This document shows, piece by piece, positions 20,205 through 26,919 of a DNA stretch of 37,861 nucleotides. Every line of letters begins with the position of its first letter. Position 1 is the stretch's first letter. Under the pieces are notes generated by a model. That model did no database searches, was not told where the DNA came from, and saw only the letters and a list, made by a program, of their open reading frames with translations. Origin of the DNA: a virus (lineage: Duplodnaviria > Caudoviricetes); IMG/VR virus record IMGVR_UViG_3300044676_001128, positions 1 through 37,861 of that record. The stretch is one strand, 5' to 3'. The position numbers and the translations under genes are program-made.

Positions 20205-20490
20205 GTTTATACATAGTATACTTTAACGTTAACTCTGTACCCATTGGTATCTCATAAAGAGTTTTTAAATATTTAAATCTTCCTATAGTAACTAACTCAC
20301 AATTAGGTTTCTCACTATGATTTATAAAACCACCTAGTGGTGTTCTAAACAACTGCTTTGACTCCGCGTCTGTAACATGGGTAACCCCCAACGTTTCGTT
20401 CTTCGCTAAGTCGTCTAAACAAAATAAACCTAGTCCGTCTATCTTGCTTGGCTGTATAGTTAGGTAACTAGGAAGCGGTCTGTAAGACAC
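20197..20490 (-). CDS. SET-domain lysine methyltransferase (minimal, vSET-like)
   Basis: SET signatures SKIDGLGLF (GxG), GGFINHSEKPNC (NHS), IPMGTELTLKY (ELxxxY). Confidence 0.9.
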   Translation of the reverse strand: MSYRPLPSYLTIQPSKIDGLGLFCLDDLAKNETLGVTHVTDAESKQLFRTPLGGFINHSEKPNCELVTIGRFKYLKTLYEIPMGTELTLKYTMYKPT

Positions 20491-21007
20491 TTTGTACCAT
20501 ACTATCTTGCATTTTGATTTCTTTTACTACACCTGTACCTAATAAGTCGTTTATAGGTATAAGTAGATTTCGTGAAAAAAATTTTTTGTTTTGGGCTTCT
20601 ACTATTCTGTGGTTACCTTCTTCTACCCAGCTTACAATAAAGGGTATGAGTTCTTCAGGTTTCCAGTAATAAACTACATTAGTTGGGTGTTGCCAGTAAA
20701 ACATATAATCTGCAAACGTCTTTAACTGACACCCTATAGTTTTTCGTCCATCTTCATGTACAATCTGTATCTCAATAGCTACGTTGCCTGTTTGGTAAGA
20801 TTGTGTATCTGTCTTTACTTCAATATACTTGTAACCTAGCTCATTGTTTATGATGAATAAGTCTGCACCCTTCAACTGTTCTTCATACTTAGCTGGTCTG
20901 CATATAAATATAGCTTTACCTTCATTTGTAGTTTGTGATTCGTAGTACTGTCTAACTAAAGTTTCGCCCAACTTTCCAATACTGTCTTGTGTGTTAAATG
21001 TAAACAT
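20468..21007 (-). CDS. PD-(D/E)XK-family endonuclease-like protein
   Basis: GKLGE helix, GADLFI, YIEVKTD, TGNVAIE motifs; AGGAG RBS. Confidence 0.75.
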   Translation of the reverse strand: MFTFNTQDSIGKLGETLVRQYYESQTTNEGKAIFICRPAKYEEQLKGADLFIINNELGYKYIEVKTDTQSYQTGNVAIEIQIVHEDGRKTIGCQLKTFADYMFYWQHPTNVVYYWKPEELIPFIVSWVEEGNHRIVEAQNKKFFSRNLLIPINDLLGTGVVKEIKMQDSMVQSVLQTAS

Positions 21008-21030
21008 TTTTCTCCTGTATAAATTGTAAC

Positions 21031-21058
21031 TTGTATAAATTTATTATAGTGTTATGGT
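21031..21058 (+). promoter_or_regulatory. Putative sigma70-type promoter for the ncRNA
   Basis: TTGTAT (21031-36), 16-nt spacer, extended -10 TGT-TATGGT (21050-58). Confidence 0.5.
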
Positions 21059-21064
21059 AGATAT

Positions 21065-21438
21065 AACAAATAGTTTTTTTTGACTATAAGGTTACAGGTA
21101 AGAGCTATCGGACGGCAAAAAGCATCTTGCATACTCTTGTCAAGTATGGACTGGGATTACCACAAAAGATGTACCCAAGGACCTTAAAAAGAAAAAAATT
21201 CAAAATTTTTCAATAGGTTTCCCTATATGTCCGCTATATTCCGTTGAGACACTACAAACACTCACGCAATTCTGCTATAAAATAAAGCATTTATTTCTTT
21301 CTTTTATAGCTGAAAGCTGTTAAAATACTACACTAGGGAAGCTGGTGTATCCTTGTTTGGTAAGCCTGTAATGTAACCTGTAACACTAATCACGCAAGTG
21401 ATTTATTACTTAAACAATTACTAGCTTCCCCCTTTTTT
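21065..21438 (+). ncRNA. Candidate large structured ncRNA with pseudoknot
   Basis: No ORF; 21091-99 pairs 21376-84; 21336-46 pairs 21420-30; GCAA tetraloop hairpin 21388-403; G-U pairs on +; ends in U6. Confidence 0.65.
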
Positions 21439-21646
21439 ATACTTAAGAATTACCAAAATATTCCGAGAACCTTACGTATATATACCACCCCCACCCTGCA
21501 TTGACACCGTACGCATATCCGCACATACACGGTGCAGGACAGTCGTAGGTTATTATTTATTATGTCTGGCTCTTAGAGTCTTTGTTAGGATTTGTAGATT
21601 ATTGTAGGTTATATGGGGGGCTTTAAAGCAATACCATACACAGTAC

Positions 21647-21870
21647 ATTGAACATTCCTTTTAGTCTTGCGATAGCAAGTATCATACGCTCAAGCTCTTT
21701 GATTTGTCCACTTATCCAACAAGTTGGACTATCGGCAACCTTGCCGACTAGAGCGTTGCTATGTTCAATTTCACGCTAGCTTTCTAGCATATTAGTAAAT
21801 TTCCTTTGTAGCAAATATATCGGCTTACGCCGAGAGGGGATACAAACTCACTTGACAAATACGCTCTAAG
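21647..21870. ncRNA. Second candidate structured RNA / leader (multi-branched)
   Basis: Closing stem 21647-55/21761-69 enclosing CTTGC/GCAAG, ACGCTC/GAGCGT, TCCAAC/GTTGGA, TCGGCAA/TTGCCGA; further hairpins GCTAG/CTAGC and TCGGC/GCCGA. Confidence 0.5.
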
Positions 21871-21910
21871 CAGGTGTTGAAAATTAGTTATAAAGAAAGG
21901 AAAAATAATT

Positions 21911-22309
21911 ATGGCTAAATCAAAGAAAACTAACTATAAGGCAGTTAACAAACATTATGATGTAATGGGAGTTGGTGAATCTGACTATACTGCTTTTAAG
22001 ATAGTTACTGGTAAGAATGCTCGTAAGGTAGATGGTAAAGAGAAAGCATCTTTTTATATCTGTAAGATAGTTGATGACTTCACATCTAAGCCACTACATA
22101 AAGAGCCATTGACTAATTATAAGGCATATATGCAATTCCAAGAGTTGGTTTTAAATAACCCACAAGCTCTTAAGAAAGGCACTTATAAGCTCAATGCAGA
22201 TGGGACGCTCTCAAAAGCTCTAATTACTGCATTAGGAACTGATAAGATAGCAAAAGTCGATGGTGTTTCGACTCTAGCTAAGTTAGACGCCCAAATGAAA
22301 GAGTGGTAA
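21911..22309 (+). CDS. Hypothetical early protein (basic)
   Basis: 132 aa, AGAAAGGA RBS, first gene of the plus arm. Confidence 0.75.
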   Translation: MAKSKKTNYKAVNKHYDVMGVGESDYTAFKIVTGKNARKVDGKEKASFYICKIVDDFTSKPLHKEPLTNYKAYMQFQELVLNNPQALKKGTYKLNADGTLSKALITALGTDKIAKVDGVSTLAKLDAQMKEW

Positions 22310-22311
22310 TC

Positions 22312-22455
22312 ATGCCCGAAATTTTGGAAGATAACTCAGTTACTTGCGACTGTGGTTCATTCGAAGAATATGTATGGTTCATCTTAAGTGTTGATACTTA
22401 CATTTGTGAATATTCCATGTTGCATGACTTCGACTCTATGAATGTACATTCTTAG
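22312..22455 (+). CDS. 47-aa acidic Cys-containing microprotein (MPEILEDNSVTCDCGSFEEY...)
   Basis: Starts 2 nt after the upstream stop, ends just before a terminator; not in ORF track. Confidence 0.55.
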   Translation: MPEILEDNSVTCDCGSFEEYVWFILSVDTYICEYSMLHDFDSMNVHS

Positions 22456-22468
22456 GGCTGAATTTATT

Positions 22469-22504
22469 CTAGGGGGGACTCGTTCCCCCTTAGGATTTTT
22501 TTTT
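22469..22504 (+). terminator. Intrinsic terminator
   Basis: AGGGGGGA-CTCG-TTCCCCCT stem followed by T9. Confidence 0.8.
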
Positions 22505-22530
22505 GTTGACACGATAGGGGGGGGATATGC

Positions 22531-22686
22531 AAACAACCACAGTCTACCCACCCCCCTTATAATGTAGATAACCCTAGACTACGAACGCATATCCGTACGC
22601 AACGCCACGCCACGCCACGCTACGCCCCCCTATAATGTAGAGAACCACAGACTACGCTTATATATTCAGGGCTTATATGCGTAGTA
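22531..22686. repeat. Repeat cluster: two ~33-bp direct repeats flanking an (ACGCN)6 tract
   Basis: 22551-83 CCCCCCTTATAATGTAGATAACCCTAGACTACG and 22625-56 CCCCCCTATAATGTAGAGAACCACAGACTACG; pentamers 22597-626. Confidence 0.8.
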
Positions 22687-22878
22687 ATAATTAAAGTAGG
22701 AAAAGTTTAAAAAAAATTTCTTACATAGCATATGTATATAGATTACGAGAGTACATAATGCTAAGTAGTTGTCAAGTCTTGCCTCTATATAGTGGAAGGT
22801 TGCGAGGATTTTGTCGACTGCTAACTTGATTTTGTCGCCGAAGTCGACAGTAAATATAAATAAAAGAAAAGGAATATT

Positions 22879-23349
22879 ATGAGTAAGAGTTATAGAAAGC
22901 CGACTGTACCTAGTACTAAGAGAGCAATAGTAGGTGTAGATGAAGATACTGGTGAGATTATATATGAAGATACAAGACTTCCTGTAATCAATACACAGTC
23001 TGAGTTTATACAAGAAGCCCCTGTTAAATATATAGATAGGGTATGTATCTCTTGTGATAGTAAGTTCGGATTAGATACAGACATAGAGTATGAGAGATGT
23101 TATGAATGTCGTACTCTTGATAAAGAATTAGAAGATAAGATGAAACGACTAGCTCGTTTAACGAGAGAGGGTATCGTTCCAGTAAACGATTCACTTGGGG
23201 TTAAGGACGCTAGTTGGAAACCTAATTCATGGGACAAGATATCCCTTGATAGAGGTAAAGAAACTAACAAACTGTGTAGCTCTTGTTACATAGTCTTACC
23301 ATTAGGATATGGTGCTAAAAGATTATGTGAGAGTTGCCGTAAAGATTAG
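22879..23349 (+). CDS. Double zinc-ribbon protein
   Basis: Four CxxC pairs (CISC, CYEC, CSSC, CESC), VDEDTGEI motif, AAGGA RBS. Confidence 0.75.
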   Translation: MSKSYRKPTVPSTKRAIVGVDEDTGEIIYEDTRLPVINTQSEFIQEAPVKYIDRVCISCDSKFGLDTDIEYERCYECRTLDKELEDKMKRLARLTREGIVPVNDSLGVKDASWKPNSWDKISLDRGKETNKLCSSCYIVLPLGYGAKRLCESCRKD

Positions 23350-23857
23350 TAGTTAGTTAGAGTACGTAGCTTAGAAATAAATAAAATTGCCCTTTGTTTG
23401 TACGGGGTTGCGTACTCTATGGTAACTATACTCGTAGGATTTTGTGAGTCATTCATTCTCACACCCTTATTTGCCTACGAGTACAAGAGCTATCCCAGAG
23501 GATTTTGGTAGAGTCATAACTACCTTCTTTTACCTCTGGGTATAGCTTGTAGCACATAGCAAAATTCCACAAATGGAATGAAAGCAAATGGTTGGATAGT
23601 TGTGTGTTACAAGCTATCTGAAAAAGATAGAAGAATACAAGTAAAAACAGCTTGTGGTTGAAAATCCACGCTTGTAAACGAGCTAACACGTAGAGTAAGA
23701 ACATATTGTTCTTTCGTTTTAGTTAATCTGCGTGTTACAAGCTATCTGCAAGAGTTCCGTTCACACAATTCTTTTGTAGATAGCTAGATACTTACACCAA
23801 ACTTGGTGTTCTCCATAAAATAGATTGTTAATCCAATGCGTGTAGGTATCTAGCTAT
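23350..23857 (+). ncRNA. Tandem array of seven stem-loops with variable loops (candidate small RNA array)
   Basis: Stems of 8-18 bp, non-Watson-Crick pairs are G-U on +, later junctions share AGCT; 17-nt direct repeat at 23604-20 and 23732-48. Confidence 0.75.
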
Positions 23858-23894
23858 TTATGAGGTAGCAATACGGCTAAAGAAAGAGAGAGAT

Positions 23895-24047
23895 ATGTTG
23901 TGTGATATGTGTCGCAATGCAAATCTAAGCAGACTAATGATAGAATCTAACGTCAAATCCTCTGTGTATTACAGAATGATTTGTTGGTTATGTGGATATC
24001 AAGTAGTTAAAAGAATAAACGTAAAGAGAGGAGGGCTATATGCCTGA
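23895..24047 (+). CDS. 50-aa zinc-ribbon microprotein (MLCDMC...CWLCGY)
   Basis: Purine-rich RBS, CxxC...CxxC, ATGCCTGA overlap with next gene; not in ORF track. Confidence 0.7.
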   Translation: MLCDMCRNANLSRLMIESNVKSSVYYRMICWLCGYQVVKRINVKRGGLYA

Positions 24048-24567
24048 ATTAATAGATGACGAAGAACAATTTAAGAAGCAAGCTAAACAAATTGAGGAAA
24101 AACTTGGGTTTGACCATTTAGATAACTTCAAAGTGTTTAATGGGGTGGCTCATTATGGTGTAGCTGTTGTAAACATGGACGGCGAAGATGAAACAGTACA
24201 CCAGAAACGAGCATACCTAAGTGCCTCTAGTCCATTGGTTGCAATGGTTGAAGTGTGGGATAGTATCTACAATCAACTAATAGCAAGTGGTTTGGAAAAA
24301 CTTGGCGAGTTTGCAACAGAGTTAATAGACGAAGGTAGATTAACACGTGATGATGCGTTGGATAATCTGTTGGGTATGTTACGAAGCGAAGAATTTCAAA
24401 AGTCGTTTCTTTCTAACCTAATGAAAATGCAACCAGACATAATTACTATTGGTAATCCAAATGTCGTTACTGGATTTAATGTAGAAAAAGTGGGCGACAA
24501 TATTACAGAATCAGTTGAGAAATTTCTCAAAGAAGTAGTTGAGAATAAAGAAAGTGAGGAAGAATAA
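24040..24567 (+). CDS. Hypothetical acidic protein
   Basis: 175 aa, GAGGAGG RBS. Confidence 0.75.
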   Translation: MPELIDDEEQFKKQAKQIEEKLGFDHLDNFKVFNGVAHYGVAVVNMDGEDETVHQKRAYLSASSPLVAMVEVWDSIYNQLIASGLEKLGEFATELIDEGRLTRDDALDNLLGMLRSEEFQKSFLSNLMKMQPDIITIGNPNVVTGFNVEKVGDNITESVEKFLKEVVENKESEEE

Positions 24568-24692
24568 TGGCGAAAATAAAAGAACACATAGGGCATGATG
24601 TAGAAGTTGTTACCTATGCAAACGGTATTAATGGAAACGCAAGTGTTGAGTGTAATGATTGTAATGAAGTTATTAGTTGGGAAGAGGAATAA
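24567..24692 (+). CDS. 41-aa microprotein with HxGH...CxxC
   Basis: MAKIKEHIGHDVEVVTYANGINGNASVECNDCNEVISWEEE; TAATG coupling at both ends. Confidence 0.7.
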   Translation: MAKIKEHIGHDVEVVTYANGINGNASVECNDCNEVISWEEE

Positions 24693-24904
24693 TGGTATTT
24701 ATTAAAGAGTTCGATAAAGATATATCTATCAATGTCGAATTTGATACTGACAGAATAGCTTTTGGTAGAGGCTATCTTTCTTATCAACCTAAAAAATTAG
24801 GCAATGATAAATCTATGCAACGTTCCAATGTTCTTAAACAATTAAAAAGAAATAAAGAACAGTTAGAAGTTGCAATTAACTTATTAGAGAGTGAGGAAAA
24901 ATGA
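24692..24904 (+). CDS. Hypothetical protein with C-terminal coiled coil
   Basis: ATG 24692 with GAGGA RBS (70 aa). Confidence 0.7.
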   Translation: MVFIKEFDKDISINVEFDTDRIAFGRGYLSYQPKKLGNDKSMQRSNVLKQLKRNKEQLEVAINLLESEEK

Positions 24905-25041
24905 CTCTTGAAGAAATTATACAGCAGTTATGGTACTGCCTAGACAAAGGTTATACCTATGACGAGGCAAAGATACATATAGACGCTGTAATGATAGGTA
25001 AAACTACTGCTAAAGAAGTAGTAGTTAAGGATAAACAATGA
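24901..25041 (+). CDS. 46-aa microprotein (MTLEEIIQQLWYCLDKGY...)
   Basis: GAGGA RBS, ATGA overlaps at both ends. Confidence 0.7.
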   Translation: MTLEEIIQQLWYCLDKGYTYDEAKIHIDAVMIGKTTAKEVVVKDKQ

Positions 25042-25172
25042 AGTGTAAGGACTGTGGAAAAGAAGTAAACAAAGCCACAGTAGATATTAATGACATACTT
25101 AGCCACCCCGACATCACACTTGATGTTGACTACTGGTTAAAGGAAAGTCATAGAAAGGAATGTCATGCCTGA
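25038..25172 (+). CDS. 44-aa Zn-finger-like microprotein (MKCKDCGK...HRKECH)
   Basis: AAGGA RBS, overlaps both neighbours. Confidence 0.65.
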   Translation: MKCKDCGKEVNKATVDINDILSHPDITLDVDYWLKESHRKECHA

Positions 25173-25383
25173 AATATATGAGTACATAGATAAGAATATG
25201 AAACGAGATGAGAATATATTGACTGTTGATTTCTACTTTGATAGTGACGTATCAAAAGAATACGCAGTAGGGGAAGTAGATAAGATTGTAGCTCTAGTAG
25301 ATAACAAAGACGAGTTCAAACTTACTGCTCATGCCCCAAGAATGTATACTGTATCTCCTTTCGGAAAGGAGAATAATGCCTGA
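25165..25383 (+). CDS. Hypothetical protein
   Basis: 72 aa, AGAAAGGA RBS. Confidence 0.7.
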   Translation: MPEIYEYIDKNMKRDENILTVDFYFDSDVSKEYAVGEVDKIVALVDNKDEFKLTAHAPRMYTVSPFGKENNA

Positions 25384-25723
25384 GAACATTATAATATCAA
25401 ACCCTATAAGACATAGGGCGAACGACAGAGCAGAGAGAACTGCATACTACGAGAAATATGGACAAGATGACTTTGTGTTTGACACATTAACAGACACAAA
25501 TATTCCAGACGACTTGTGGATATGTGACTTCTGTAATGTGCCGATAGAAGTGGTTGACTTAGCAAACCAACCTAAGAGTTTATGGATTCATCTAAGCTAT
25601 GCCCTTTGTGGTAATTGTGTAGATGATTTAGTAAAGAAAGAAGATGACACACAAGATACGATTAACTCTAATGACGTAGAGTTTTGTCAATGTTGTGTAG
25701 GAGAGGAGAATGATAATGCCTAG
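25376..25723 (+). CDS. Zinc-binding protein (CDFC...CGNC...CQCC)
   Basis: Start moved to ATG 25376 after AAGGAG RBS. Confidence 0.7.
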   Translation: MPENIIISNPIRHRANDRAERTAYYEKYGQDDFVFDTLTDTNIPDDLWICDFCNVPIEVVDLANQPKSLWIHLSYALCGNCVDDLVKKEDDTQDTINSNDVEFCQCCVGEENDNA

Positions 25724-26246
25724 TGGTATCGAAGGAGATGCAAAAGATATTGCAGAGTTTAGCGAAAGACTAAAGAACTGTGCTATTACTGTTGACATCT
25801 TAAAGTATCTCAATGGTCTAGCAATAGACAACGATTACAACAGACAGATTGTACCAAGTTTCTTAGATGAAACTATGGATAGCGATTTGGATATTGTAGT
25901 TGACGATAGATTCCCTTGTATGTTAATGATGGCTATGCCCCATTATCACAAGGCTGGTGTAGTGACTGATACTCACGTCAGACTTATGTTTGAAGTGATT
26001 GTTAAACGCAGAGATGGTATGCCTTTAGATAAGGAATACACCACAGTAGCAGTTGATGTACCTATGGAAGCTATGAAAATACTTCCTAATATTCCAGATA
26101 TTAGGTGGATAGACGATAGTGTCACTCGTAAAGAGTGGTTGAACTTATGGGAAGTTGTTGACAAAGACGGGTTGACAAATACCTTTATAAAAGAAATAGA
26201 GAATCTCTTAAAGAGAGAAGGAGAAAATAATGACGAGAAAGAGTGA
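25710..26246 (+). CDS. Hypothetical protein
   Basis: 178 aa, GAGGAG RBS; start may be 25716. Confidence 0.7.
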   Translation: MIMPSGIEGDAKDIAEFSERLKNCAITVDILKYLNGLAIDNDYNRQIVPSFLDETMDSDLDIVVDDRFPCMLMMAMPHYHKAGVVTDTHVRLMFEVIVKRRDGMPLDKEYTTVAVDVPMEAMKILPNIPDIRWIDDSVTRKEWLNLWEVVDKDGLTNTFIKEIENLLKREGENNDEKE

Positions 26247-26919
26247 GTGGGATTTACTTAAACAAGTCCTACCAATAACACCAAGAATATTACTTTATGG
26301 TATACCTGGAACTGGTAAAACCTATCAAGCAAATAGTCTTGGATTGAAAGAAAACCAAGAGTCTTATGCAATTACATTGTCAGCAGACAGTACGGCTAGT
26401 GAACTTATGGGACACTACATAGCTACCGAAGATGGTGGATTTGAATGGATTGACGGAATTGGCGTAATGGCTTGGAAAACTGGTGGTAGATTGGTTATCA
26501 ATGAGATAGACAAAGCTGGTATAGATGTGATGACATTCTTACACGCTCTATTAGATGACCCAAAATTTGCGAAGTTCACACTTCCTAACAAGGATAAAGA
26601 AGTAGTAAGACCTGCTGAGAACTTCCAAGTAGTAGCTACTATGAATGGAGAGCCTGAGGATTTGCCTGAAGCATTAGCTGATAGATTCCCTGTGCAGTTT
26701 CATATTAGAGAAGTACACCCAGAGGCGTTACGTTCTTTACCAAAGAAACTAGCGTCTGTTTACTTGGACCAAACTGAGTCATCTGGATTCTCAATGCGTA
26801 AATGGATAGCACTACAACAGCTACTAGATAACGGAATTGATGAAGTTGACGCTGTAAGAGTTATCTTCAAAGAAGATTCCTATGCTATCAACGAGGCATT
26901 TGGAATTTCTAATGAATAG
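26230..26919 (+). CDS. MoxR/CobS/CbbQ-like AAA+ ATPase
   Basis: Walker A GIPGTGKT, ELMGHY...FEWIDG, Walker B LVINEID, sensor VVATMN, Arg finger EALADRF. Confidence 0.88.
   Translation: MTRKSEWDLLKQVLPITPRILLYGIPGTGKTYQANSLGLKENQESYAITLSADSTASELMGHYIATEDGGFEWIDGIGVMAWKTGGRLVINEIDKAGIDVMTFLHALLDDPKFAKFTLPNKDKEVVRPAENFQVVATMNGEPEDLPEALADRFPVQFHIREVHPEALRSLPKKLASVYLDQTESSGFSMRKWIALQQLLDNGIDEVDAVRVIFKEDSYAINEAFGISNE

Noticed and set aside
21065-21438. tmRNA, RNase P, tRNA or group I intron identity
   Set aside because: No tRNA-like ends or CCA, no GAGGAAAGUCC, no R and S elements in the correct order, and no interrupted gene.
21852-21885. TTGACA as promoter of gene 21911 (also TTGACA at 21501, 22506 and 30203)
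   Set aside because: No acceptable -10 hexamer at 16-18 nt spacing.
22666-23013. 115-aa minus-strand ORF
   Set aside because: Overlaps the Zn-ribbon gene antisense and runs into AT-rich intergenic DNA.
23459-23704. 81-aa minus-strand ORF across the hairpin array
   Set aside because: Opposite to the surrounding operon, atypical composition; G-U polarity favours a + strand RNA. Cannot be fully excluded because it has an RBS-like AAAGAA.
23350-23857. CRISPR array or integron attC interpretation
   Set aside because: No identical regularly spaced repeats, no cas or integrase gene, no consistent RYYYAAC/GTTRRRY ends.
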